In this document: positions 42,075-52,716 of the stretch, piece after piece
Position numbering within the stretch: position 1 is the first letter of the stretch
Layout of the letters: every line of letters begins with the position of its first letter
DNA from: an uncultured Phycisphaerales bacterium
Lineage (GTDB): Bacteria; Planctomycetota; Phycisphaerae; Tepidisphaerales; Tepidisphaeraceae
Length of the DNA: 64,000 nt
Direction of reading: 5' to 3'
Assembly (NCBI GenBank): GCA_963844715.1
Contig: CAWJPJ010000007.1
Span: 1,120,001 to 1,184,000, forward strand
Translations under genes and position numbers: made by a program
The notes under the pieces: generated by a model
What the model was told of the DNA's origin: nothing
The model's input: only the letters and a program-made list of their open reading frames with translations
Databases searched by the model: none

Positions 42075-43859
42075 CTAAAAACCCGTGCGTTTAAATTGCT
42101 TTTCCAAGTCGTGCAATGTTAGTCGCAGCGTCGTCGGTCGGCCATGGGGGCAATTACTTCCCCGTTCCAGCAGATGCCGCCGCGCGAGCAGCGCCTCGAT
42201 TTCCGCCGCCGAAAGCGGATCGCCCGCTTTGATCGCCGCTTTGCACGCCATCATATCCAGAACTTCGTGCAGCATCTCTTCCTGATTCAGATCAAGCTGT
42301 TCCTGTTCCCCTTTTTCGAGCAGTTCGCGGAGGAAATCGATCGGATCGAGCCGATGCAAAAAGCTCGGAAACGCGTGCACTGCCACGCCATCCGGCCCGA
42401 CGGCCGCCGCTTCGATTCCCAATCGCTGCAAAAGCTCCTGCGCCTGTTCGAGTATTTCAATCTGTCGCGCCGACGCCGGAAAAGTCGCCGGAATGAGCAG
42501 CCGCTGGCTTTCCAGCGGCCCGCGATTCACGCGCACCAGCAAATCTTCATACATCACCCGTTCATGCAACGCGTGCTGATCGATAATGATCAGTCCATCT
42601 TCCGTTTCGGCCACAAGATAACTGTTGTGCAATTGCAGCGCCGGCGTAACCCCCGCATCCGCGGGTTTAATTGCCCGCGAAATCGGCGCCGAAGCAAAAG
42701 GACCCGCATTCGCCACAGGCGTTGAAAACGCAGAGGCCGAAGATTGCGATGACGTCGCCGGCGCTGCGATGGACGACGGCGACTGAAAAAACGCCGCAAG
42801 GCGCTGCCGCAACTCCACGCGTTCGGTTTCATCTTGAGCCCGGTTGAGCGAAGCGGCGGGCGAAAGATCGCTGCCGAGCAGTCTTTCGCGCACCGCCGAC
42901 AAAACCAAACCGTGAATCCGGCCGCTGTCGCGAAAGCGCACTTCCGATTTCGTGGGATGCACATTCACATCCACATCCCCCGGCGGAATCGTCAGGAAAA
43001 AAATCGCCGCCGGTTGCCGCCCCGGTTCGGTGAGTCCCCGATACGCTTCGCGCAGGCGCGTGCTGAATAAACCGATCGCGAATCCAGCGGTTGTTCAGAA
43101 AAAAGAATTGATGTTTCGGCGTCGGCCGCGCCAGTTCCGGCTTTCCGATCAAGCCTTGCAGCGAAATTTCCGCATCGCGCACGTCGATGGAAAGCGAAAG
43201 CGCCGCAAATTCCTCCGGCCACGCCGCCAGCCAGCGCGTTTTCGCATCCGTCCTTGGCAAATCGAGAACGGTTCTCCCGTTGTGAATCAATTTAAACGCA
43301 ATTTCCGGAAACGGCACGGCCAATCGGAGGATTGCGTCGCTGACATGCCCGAATTCCGTCGGTGCGCTGCGCAGAAATTTCCGTGCGCCGGGATATTGAA
43401 AAAAAGATGCCGAACCTCGATGACCGTTCCGAAATTTCCCGCCGCGGCTTGGGGCTCGTCGATGATTCCGCCGCGATTTTGGATTTCATACGCGATCTGT
43501 TCATCGCGCACGCGGGAAAGAATTCGCGATTGCGCAACCGATCCGATGCTCGCCAGCGCTTCGCCGCGAAAACCCATCGTGGAAATTCGAAAAAGATCGT
43601 CTTCGTCGTGAAGTTTGCTGGTGGCGTGCGACGCGAAAGCGAGGGGAAGCTCGGCGGCGGGGATTCCCTGGCCGTCGTCGATGACGCGGATGAGTTCGAT
43701 GCCGCCCTCCTCGATTTCGACGACAATCCGGGTCGCGCCGGCGTCGAGGGAATTTTCGACCAGTTCCTTGACGACCGAGGCGGGGCGTTCGATCACTTCG
43801 CCGGCGGCGATGCGATTGACGAGCGCGGGGGAGAGACGTTCGATGGCGTTTCGCTGCAC
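42075..43859 (-). CDS. mutL: DNA mismatch repair endonuclease MutL (frameshifted)
   Basis: NRIAAGEVIERPASVVKELVENSLDAGA, GFRGEALASI, DVNVHPTKSEV, DQHALHER, ACK, CPHGRP. Confidence 0.95.
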
Positions 43860-43894
43860 GAGCGGGATTATAACGGAGAGAGGCGCAAATTGAT

Positions 43895-44689
43895 TCAGGT
43901 GATGGATCGGACAACACCGCCGTCGACGCGGAGGGAGGCGCCGTTGGTGGCCGAGGAGAGGGGCGAGGCGACGAACGCGACGAGATTGGCGACTTCCTCG
44001 GCGGTGGCGAAGCGTTTGATCAGGGAACTGGGGCGGATGGATTTAAAGAATTCGGTTTCGAGTTGCTTGGGCGTGATGTTTTGCTTCTCGGCGATGCCGT
44101 TGAGGAAGGAGACGGCGCCTTCCGAGGCGGTGGGGCCTGGGAGGACCGCGTTGACGGTGACGCCGGTGCCGGCGGTGGTTTCGGCCAGGCCTCGTGAGAG
44201 AGCGAGCTGGGCGGTTTTGGTCAGGCCATAGTGGATCATTTCGGCGGGGATCTGGATGCCGGATTCGCTGGAGATGAAGATGATGCGACCCCAATTCTTC
44301 GCGAGCATTTTGGGAAGATAAAAGCGGCTGAGGCGAACGCCGCTCATGACGTTGGTCTGAAAGAGTTCGTTCCACTCTTCGTCATCGATCTGCTCGAAGG
44401 AAGTGGGGCGGAAGATGCCGGCGTTGTTGACCAGGATGTCGGCATGAGGGAGTTCCTCAGTGATGCGGGAGCAGCCTTTGGCGGTGGAGACATCGGCGCC
44501 AATGCCGCTGACTTTTGCGTGGGGAGCGGCGGATCGCACGGTGGCGATCGCCTGATCGACGCGCTGGTTGGTGCGGCCGTTGAGGACGACGGTGGCGCCT
44601 TCCTTGGCCAGGAGGGTCGCGATGGCGAGGCCGATGCCTGCGGTGGAGCCGGTTACGAGGGCGATTTTGCCGGTGAGTTGGAGGTCCAA
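43895..44689 (-). CDS. SDR family oxidoreductase
   Basis: TTG start after AAGGA; TGSTAGIG, NNAG, YGLTK, VDGG. Confidence 0.9.
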   Translation of the reverse strand: MDLQLTGKIALVTGSTAGIGLAIATLLAKEGATVVLNGRTNQRVDQAIATVRSAAPHAKVSGIGADVSTAKGCSRITEELPHADILVNNAGIFRPTSFEQIDDEEWNELFQTNVMSGVRLSRFYLPKMLAKNWGRIIFISSESGIQIPAEMIHYGLTKTAQLALSRGLAETTAGTGVTVNAVLPGPTASEGAVSFLNGIAEKQNITPKQLETEFFKSIRPSSLIKRFATAEEVANLVAFVASPLSSATNGASLRVDGGVVRSIT

Positions 44690-44783
44690 GGGGGTTTCCT
44701 TTCGAAAGGGCGACCATTCTAGGCCGCAAATATGGCGGGAAGTCAACAGTTTTTTCGGGACGTATTGGGCGTAGAATAAAGGG

Positions 44784-45596
44784 ATGGAGCATCTAGAGGG
44801 ACGGCAATCGATACTGGCGGCGCTGGGGCGCGGCTGCGCAAATTTGAGGTGATATTGATCGGGCACGGGGCGCATGAGTCGAAGATCCGGGACGTGCTGG
44901 CCGCGGCCGCGGCAGCGCAGGTGCCTGTGAAACGCGTGGCGCGAAGTGAACTGGATGCGATGGCGCACGGGGCGACGCATGGGGGAATCGTGGCGGTGTG
45001 CTCGAGGCAAGCCACGGACGACGGGAAAGGAACTAATGGACCTGGTTCGGGGTCTGCGGCGGGCGCCGCTGCTGCTTTTGATCGAGGGGATTGACGATGC
45101 GCGGAACCTGGGATTTACACTTCGAAGCGCGCGGGCGTTGGGGGCGGATGCGGTGTTGGTGAAGAAGCATCTTTGGGATTTTGATCCGGTGGAGGTGGCG
45201 CGGCCGGCGTCGGGGGCATATGAACAGATGCCGATGGTGCAGGTCGAGGACGAACAGATTTTGCGGGACCTCAAGCGAGAGGGGCTGCGCCTTCTGGGGT
45301 GCATCGGCGGGGCGCGGCGGAGTCTTTATGATGCGGATTTGACGCAAGGAGTCATTCTTGCGATCGGGGGAGAAAAGCGGGGATTGTCGGGGGCGGTTCG
45401 GGACCTGTGCGATGGATTGATCAGCATCCCGACGGAAGAGGGAGGGGCGTCGCTCCCGCTGTCGCATGCGGCGGCGGTTGTTTTGGCGGAAGCCCGGCGG
45501 CAAAGGCATGTTTTTAATGGGTTTGAGCGGTCGGTTCGGGTAAACTCGGGTGTTCAATCGGCGATGGTCGCCGCGGAGATGAAACAGCATGGCTAA
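44784..45596 (+). CDS. SPOUT/TrmH family RNA methyltransferase (RlmB-like); frameshifted, 3' end uncertain
   Basis: EGIDDARNLG..RSA, IGGEKRGLS, ISIP...SLPLSHAA. Confidence 0.85.
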
Positions 45597-45861
45597 GGCA
45601 AATGTAGATCCTGCGGAATTGAGAAGGTTTGCCCAGGATTTGAACCGGTTTAACAACGAATTACAGGGTTTGCTTGGGAGTCTTCAGACGCGCTTGCGCG
45701 GGTTGGACTCGACGTGGCGCGATCAGGAGCAGCGGAAATTCACCGAGGCGTTCGAGCAGACGCTCAAGGCGATCGGGAAGTTTCTGGAAAGCGCGCACGA
45801 GCACGTGCAGTTCCTGAACAAGAAGGCGACCGCGGTCGAGGATTATCTGAAACAGCGGTAA
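45589..45861 (+). CDS. WXG100/ESAT-6 family protein
   Basis: 90 aa, helical; VDPAELRRFA N-terminus; central TWRD turn followed by KF; C-terminal AVEDY. Confidence 0.85.
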   Translation: MAKANVDPAELRRFAQDLNRFNNELQGLLGSLQTRLRGLDSTWRDQEQRKFTEAFEQTLKAIGKFLESAHEHVQFLNKKATAVEDYLKQR

Positions 45862-45888
45862 TTTTCGCGGAGTATTTCGGGAGCGATC

Positions 45889-46944
45889 ATGTCCACAGGC
45901 GCGCGCGTTGAATCGATCGACGCCATCAAAGAATTCCGCGTTTATCTGACCAAGTTCAAGGAAAACGCGGGGCTGGCGCTGGGAGACGCGGATTCAGATT
46001 TAAATAAGGTTCAGGCGTGGCTGGAAGGGGAGGCGCAGAACTATTGGACCGGGCAGATTCGCAAGCGGCAGGAGCTGGTTTCGCGGTGCGAGGAGGCGTA
46101 TCGGCAGAAGAGGATTTATAAGGATTCGAGCGGGTCGATGGCGTCGGCGGTTGACGAGCAGAAGGCGCTGGCGAACGCGAAGAAAAGCCTCACGGAGGCA
46201 CAGGAGAAATTAAAGAACGTGCAGGGGTGGAGTCGGAAGCTGCAAAAGGAAATGGTTTTGTATCGAGGCGGTGTGGCACGGTTTTCGAATGACGTGTCGG
46301 CAGGAATACCGCACGCGATTGCGCAATTGGGGGCCATGATCGAGATGCTCGAGAAATATGTCAGCATCGCAGTGGGCGAAGTTGGAGAGGGAGGAGCGGA
46401 GGGAGCGGTTGCGGGAGTGGGAGGAGAAAGCGGCGGGGCGAGGATGTCGCGATCGCCGGACGAGATGCCAGTGGCGGAGGCGAAGCCATTTGATGTCGCG
46501 GCGCTGCGAGAGGCATTGCCGAAGGACGAGGCGTTGGGAGAGCCGGTGCCGCTGGGACTGGTAACGCTTGGGGTTGGCGAGGTGAAGCCGGAGCAAAGGA
46601 GCCGGTCCGCGGGACTGCTGGTGGACGAGGGAGCGGGGGATGGGGAGACCGTGATATTGACTGGAGAATCGGCGTGGGCGGATCGGATTTTTATGGCCCG
46701 CATGGCCGATGGGCGGAAATTCGCGTGGTTTGTCGGGTCGGTCGATGCGCCGGGGGATACGGTGTACAATAAGTCGACGGTGAGCCAGCTTGAGGCTGGA
46801 AGGCCGGATATCGCCGAGCTGCTGAAACTTCCCGCCGAAACGGTCTTGATCTTCGACGGGAGCGGGCTAGCTGGTGTTTATAACTCAAGTAATGAGAATA
46901 TCTTACCGCCGCCGGCTGAAGAAGAGGGGAAAAAGGCGTCGTAG
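45889..46944 (+). CDS. WXG100-like coiled-coil protein with Gly-rich linker and C-terminal globular domain
   Basis: ARVESIDAIKEFR..WLEG..YW helical N-terminal ~160 aa; linker; C-terminal WFVG..RPDIAELLKLP. Confidence 0.7.
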   Translation: MSTGARVESIDAIKEFRVYLTKFKENAGLALGDADSDLNKVQAWLEGEAQNYWTGQIRKRQELVSRCEEAYRQKRIYKDSSGSMASAVDEQKALANAKKSLTEAQEKLKNVQGWSRKLQKEMVLYRGGVARFSNDVSAGIPHAIAQLGAMIEMLEKYVSIAVGEVGEGGAEGAVAGVGGESGGARMSRSPDEMPVAEAKPFDVAALREALPKDEALGEPVPLGLVTLGVGEVKPEQRSRSAGLLVDEGAGDGETVILTGESAWADRIFMARMADGRKFAWFVGSVDAPGDTVYNKSTVSQLEAGRPDIAELLKLPAETVLIFDGSGLAGVYNSSNENILPPPAEEEGKKAS

Positions 46945-46962
46945 AGCAACGGAGGTGTTTCC

Positions 46963-47175
46963 ATGGGCATGCACGAAGGGCGAGCGCGACTGGGAAAATC
47001 GGTCAAAGAACTGATGATGAAATGGTCGGAGGCTCAGTCGCAATGGAACGACTCGACGAGCAAGGCGTTCGAGAAGAGATTCTTGGTTCCGATCGATATG
47101 GATTCGCGTCAGGCGATCGGGGCGATGGATCAAATGGCAAACCTTCTTCAGAAGATCAAGCACGATTGCGAATGA
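46963..47175 (+). CDS. Short WXG100-like protein (70 aa)
   Basis: GGAGG RBS; helix-WND-helix with SKAFEKRF. Confidence 0.7.
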   Translation: MGMHEGRARLGKSVKELMMKWSEAQSQWNDSTSKAFEKRFLVPIDMDSRQAIGAMDQMANLLQKIKHDCE

Positions 47176-47182
47176 ATTAATC

Positions 47183-50100
47183 ATGAGTACCGATTCAGCA
47201 GTGACGATGGAGAACCTACCTCCCGAACCTCCCGAGAAAGATTCGAACGGCCAGGGCAATGGCGAAGGGGAGCCGAACGAGCCGCTTCCGCCGACGAATC
47301 GGGATTTGCAGCGTGGGGCGCTTCAGGATTTGATCGATCTGGCGACGCAGTGCGCGGATCTGGAATCGCGCCTGGACAGGGAATTGAAGGGGTCGCTGGA
47401 CGACACCCAGGCGGGGAATGAGAAATCACTGGCCGATCTGGAGCGGAACTACAAGAGTCTTCAGGATCAAATCGCGCGAAATACGACGACCGGGCGGGGC
47501 AAATCGCGGCGCGGTATCAGCAGAACCAGGCGGCGCTGAAGGCGCACGATGAAACGGTCCGGCGGAAAGCGAAGAACGAATTTGAAAACGGCCAGGACGA
47601 ACTAAAAAAGAAATATGAGCAGGCGACCTGGCTGGCGGAGAGCGTGCTGGAGGCAGCGGAAGGGAAGGTCGCCGACGATCTGAAAAAAGCGCAGGAGCAG
47701 CAAAGGCAGCAGGCGGAACTGCTCGACGCGAAGGAAAACGAAGCCAAGGCGCTGCTGGATCGATACAACCAGGAGCCGCCGGCGTCGCCCGCCGCGGCGA
47801 AAAAATCGGATTCGGACGAGGCAATCGTTCCCTTCGAGGAGCAGCAGCAGGTGATCGAGCAGCAGCTCTCGCAATTGGCGGGGCTGTCGGTTCCAAATCT
47901 TTTCGTGGGGATTCGGCCTTATATTCTGGTGATTTTGCTGGTGGGTTTGTCGGTCGCGGGGCCGCAGCTTGTTCCTCCCACGCTTGATCCGCAGTGGAAA
48001 ATGCTGGGGATTTCGGTCGGATCGACGCTTGCCCTGGTGACGGTAGGGCTGCTGCTGCTGAAGGCGATGGCGCGGAAACAGGTTTTGGCGGCGTATCTGC
48101 CCCTGCGCAAGGCATTGGACGAGGCGCGGGGGATACGGATCAGTTGATGGAACGCGCCAACATGCAGCGCGAGATGGATTTGGCCAAGGCGGCAAAGCAG
48201 CACAAGGCCGAAAACCACGCGGCCCGCGACAAGGCGGCGCCGATCTTGGATAAAATGACCAAGAAGCGGGACGGGACGATCGCGGCGGCGCAAGCGGAAT
48301 TGCAGAAAAGGACTGCGGAAAACGAGTCGCAGCGCAAGTCGGGGTCGCAGGAACTGGAAGAATGGCGGACGCAGAAGCTGGCGGAACTGAAACAGAAATA
48401 CGAGACGGAACTGGCGAATATCGGTTCGCGCACGACGCAGCGGCAGGATAATCTGAAACAGCAGTTCGCATCAGACCGCGGGAATCTGGAAAAGCGCTGG
48501 CACGACGGGCTGGTGAAGATTCAGGAGCCGATTTCCGAAGAGGGGGCATCGGGCGCGCCGTGGGGTGATCCGAGCTGGGACAACTGGAAGCCGCCGACGA
48601 AGTTCCCGGCAACGATCCGGTTCGGGGAATTGCAGGTGGACTTGCAGACGATCGTGTCGGGAATCGCCAAGGAGGCGCCGTTCACGCTGCCGCTGCCGGA
48701 GACGTTTGCGGTGCCGGCGCTGATGGCGTTTCCGCGGCAGGCTTCGATGATGATCCACACGGACCGGCCCGGGCGCGCCGATTCGGTCAAGGCGATGCAG
48801 ACGGTGATGACGCGGCTGCTGACGTGCCTGCCGCCGGGGCGGGTGCATTTCACGCTGTGCGATCCAGTGGGGTTGGGCCAGAACTTTTCAGGGTTCATGC
48901 ACCTGGGGGATTTCGATGAAAAGCTGGTGGGCCCGCGGATTTGGACCGATGCCGAGCAGATCGACCAAAAGCTGGCGAATCTGACCGAGCATATGGAGAC
49001 GGTCATCCAGAAATATCTGCGCAACGAATTTGCGACGATCGACGATTACAACGCGCAGGCGGGGGAATTGGCGGAACCGTACCGGTTTCTGGTGATCGCG
49101 GATTATCCGGTGAACATCAGCGACGAAGCGTTCCGGCGGCTGAGCAGCATCGCGACGACCGGGGCGCGCTGCGGCGTGTATACGCTGATCATGCGGGACA
49201 CCCGCATTACCACCGGGGCGGGGACGCATCTGGATGATCTTCAGGCGCACAGCATCAATCTGGTGCGCGAGGGGGAGAGGTTCATCTGGGGAGACGAGGT
49301 GTTCAAGCAATTTCCTCTGTCGGTCGATGCCGCGCCGACTGACGAAGAATTGACCAAGCTATTGCATCAGGTGGGGCGCAAGGCGAAAGACGCGAGCCGC
49401 GTTGAGGTGCCGTTTACGAGCATCGCGCCGAAGCTGCCGGATTTCTGGACGCTGAAGAGTTCGAGCGATGTGCAGGTGGCGATCGGCCGCATGGGGGCGA
49501 CGCGATTGCAGATGTTCCGATTGGGCAAGGGGGTCGCCCAACATGCGCTGATCGCCGGCAAGACCGGTTCGGGTAAGTCAACGCTGCTGCACGCGCTGAT
49601 TAGCAATCTGGCGATGTGGTATTCGCCGGAGGAGATCGAGCTTTATTTGATCGACTTCAAAAAGGGCGTTGAATTCAAGACTTACGCGGCGCATCTGCTG
49701 CCGCATGCGAAGGCGATCGCCGTCGAGAGCGACCGGGAATTTGGATTGAGCGTTTTGCAGAGGCTCGACGCGGAACTGACCCGGCGCGGTAATCTTTATC
49801 GCAAATTCGGGTCGCAGGACCTGACGAGTTATCGCAAGGATTCGGGCGAAACGTTGCCGCGGACGCTGTTGATCATCGACGAATTTCAGGAATTTTTCAG
49901 CGAAGACGACAAATTGGCGGCGGACGCGTCACTGCTGATCGACCGGTTGGTGCGACAGGGTCGTGCGTTCGGAATTCACGTGATGCTGGGTTCTCAGACG
50001 ATCGGCGGATCGTCGGGGCTTTCGCGAAGCACGATCGGGCAGATCGCGGTGAGGATCGCGCTGCAAACGAGCGAGGCGGATTCGCAGATGATCCTGGGGG

Positions 50101-51167
50101 ACGGGAACTCGGCGGCGAGATTGCTGTCCCGGCCGGGCGAAGCGATTTACAACGATGCGGGGGGACTGGTGGAGGGGAATAGCCCGTTCCAGGTGGCATG
50201 GCTGCCGGATGAGCAGCGCGACGTATTTTTGGAGCAGGTGAATGAAAAAGTTCGCCAGACGGGGGTCAAGGGGAACGTGCCGATCGTCTTCGAGGGAAAT
50301 GCGCCGGCGGATATACGCAAGAATCCGCTGCTGATGGAGCGGCTTGATGCGGCGGCGTATGAGCCGCTGGTCGGCGCGCCGGTGGCGTGGCTGGGCGATC
50401 CCGTGGCGATCAAGAATCCGACGGCAGTGTCTTTCCGCCGGCAAAGCGGCGCAAGCGTGCTCATCGTCGGGCAGAACGAGGAGGCTGCGCTGGCGATGAT
50501 GTCGCAGGCGATGGTCGGGCTGGCGGCGCAGCTGTCTCCCAAGGAGGCGAGCTTTGTGATTTTGGACGGGAGTCCGGCAGATTCGCCGTCGTTCGGTGTT
50601 TTGGGGAAGGTCGCGGGGGCGCTGCCTCACGAATCGAAGAACGTGGAATATCGCGCGGTCCCGGAAGCGATTCATGAACTGGCCAAGGAATTGGCGACGC
50701 GGCACGAGTCGGATACGTCGAATCCGCCGGCGATTTTCGTGATGATATTCGGGATGCAGAGGTATCGGTCCTTGCGGAAGAGCGAGGAGTCGTTCAGCTT
50801 TTCGAGCGGGGACGAGGAGAAGCCGCCTGATCCCGGGAAGGAATTCGCGGATTTGATGCGCGACGGGCCGGCGGCGGGGATTCACATCATTTCGTGGATC
50901 GACACGGCAACGGCGCTGGACCGGGCATTGGATCGCACGGCGATGCGCGAATTCGACAATCGGATTCTGTTCCAGATGAGCGCGACGGACAGCAGCAACC
51001 TGATCGATTCGCCGGCGGCGAACAAGCTGGGGGTCAACCGAGCGATGGCCTACAGCGAAGAACAGGGAACGACGGAAAAGTTCAGGCCTTATGCGCTGGC
51101 GGATGCGGGTTGGCTGGTGGAAGTAAAGCAGAAACTGGCGGCAAAATCCGCGGCGATCAAAGCCTGA
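47183..51167 (+). CDS. Membrane-anchored FtsK/SpoIIIE ATPase, EssC/EccC-like (~1330 aa; frameshifts ~47480, ~48135)
   Basis: Coiled coil - 2 TM - coiled coil; Walker A AGKTGSGKS, IDFKKGVEF, Walker B LLIIDEFQ, RQGRAFGIH; flanking degenerate ATPase-like domains. Confidence 0.88.
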
Positions 51168-51227
51168 GTTCTTGGTTCAATTCCGTCATTTCCCGGCGGA
51201 CAAAGGGGAGAGCCCTACGGAACAGCC

Positions 51228-51644
51228 ATGCGCGCTTCCAAAATAAAACTTCCGAGTCGGCGGTATCTGGAACTGATCCGCGAATTTCCACTCCGTCCGA
51301 TCCGGACTAAGACGGAAGCGGCGGCGGCGACGGCCATTCTCGACCGCCTATTCGGCCAGCCTGACGCCGATCCGGGGCAGGAAGACTATCTGGACGTGCT
51401 CAGCGATTTGCTGGACAGCTATGAAAGCGAAAACGATGCCGATTACGACGCGGAGGCCACGGGGATTCAAGTGCTGCGCTCGCTTATTGAGGAGCATGGA
51501 ATGAGCCAGGCGACGTTGGCCGGAAAGCTCGGGGTTTCGGCGCCTACGGTGTCCCTGATTCTGTCCAGCGAGCGGCCGATCACGGCGGAGCATGCAAGGA
51601 ACCTCGGCAAGATATTTTCAATCGATCCGGGGGTGTTTATTTGA
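51228..51644 (+). CDS. HigA-like HTH antitoxin
   Basis: PLRPIRT..YLDVLSDLLDSYE N-domain; Xre HTH MSQATLAGKLGVSAPTVSLILSSERPIT. Confidence 0.8.
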   Translation: MRASKIKLPSRRYLELIREFPLRPIRTKTEAAAATAILDRLFGQPDADPGQEDYLDVLSDLLDSYESENDADYDAEATGIQVLRSLIEEHGMSQATLAGKLGVSAPTVSLILSSERPITAEHARNLGKIFSIDPGVFI

Positions 51645-51669
51645 TGGGGTTGGCGCCGGGTCGCGACTA

Positions 51670-52533
51670 TCAGTCGCAGAGGCCGTAATGCGCGAAGGCG
51701 GCGCGGACGCCGTCGTTGTTGTTGGAGGGGGCGATCCAGTGGGCGGCTTGTTTGACGATTTCGTGGGCGTTGTCCATGGCGACGGCTACGCCTGAGAGTT
51801 GGAGCATGCCCACATCGTTGGGGGCGTCGCCGATGGACATCACTTCCTGCAAGGGGACTTCATAGTGCTGGGCGACGATTTGCAGGGCGGCGGCTTTGCC
51901 TACACCTCGGTCCATGATCTGCAAGAGTTGGGGATCGGTGCGGACGACGGTGACTTGCTCGTCCGCGTTCTCAGCGAGGATGGCGTTAATGGCGGTGACG
52001 GTGTTCGTCTCGCCCAGGAGCAGCAGTTTGGTGATCGGCTGGTTGCAGAATTCGTCGAGGGGGGCGATGACGTCGGGTTTGAAGAGACGGCCGGTTTCCG
52101 TGGTGTAGGTTTGCTCGAAGCGGTCGGTGAACCAGCGGTCGAGGACCTCGCAGGTGACGAGGATCTCAGGGAATCGCGTGCGGGCCAGGTCGATGATCTG
52201 GCGGACCGTTTGGCCCGGCATGGGGCGATGGTAGACCACCTGTTTGGCGGGTTCGTCCCAGATGAGGGCGCCATTGTAGTTGATCTGCCAGGTGTCGAGT
52301 CCGAGCTGGGCGTAGATGTGGCGGACGCTGCGCGGGGGGCGAGCCGAGGCGATGATGACTTTGATCCCCTGCGCCGCCAGGCCGGCGAGGGCTTCGACGG
52401 TATGGGAGCCGACGCGCTTGGCGTCGTTGAGAAGCGTGCCGTCGAGGTCAACCGCCAGAAGGCGGATGCGGCGCTCGATTTTCTTTCGAGCGGTGGGGGG
52501 AATGCGGCGTTTGGAGACCGACTGGCGCTTCAT
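51670..52533 (-). CDS. Cof-type HAD-IIB hydrolase
   Basis: AVDLDGTLL, ASARP, GVGKA, IGDAPNDVGML..VAMDNA. Confidence 0.9.
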   Translation of the reverse strand: MKRQSVSKRRIPPTARKKIERRIRLLAVDLDGTLLNDAKRVGSHTVEALAGLAAQGIKVIIASARPPRSVRHIYAQLGLDTWQINYNGALIWDEPAKQVVYHRPMPGQTVRQIIDLARTRFPEILVTCEVLDRWFTDRFEQTYTTETGRLFKPDVIAPLDEFCNQPITKLLLLGETNTVTAINAILAENADEQVTVVRTDPQLLQIMDRGVGKAAALQIVAQHYEVPLQEVMSIGDAPNDVGMLQLSGVAVAMDNAHEIVKQAAHWIAPSNNNDGVRAAFAHYGLCD

Positions 52534-52716
52534 TGCTGAAAATGGTTTATCCGCGGCGGGGTAGATTTCAAGGCCGATAAACCGCGAAGCCGCGAAGTTC
52601 GCGAGGATGAAAATGATCGATTGGAAATCATGGCGGGAACGCCGGGTCTTGCCGTCTGCTTCACGTCCTTGCCGCCTCGGCGGTATAATAGGCTGTTTCC
52701 AAACGAGGAATTAGAT

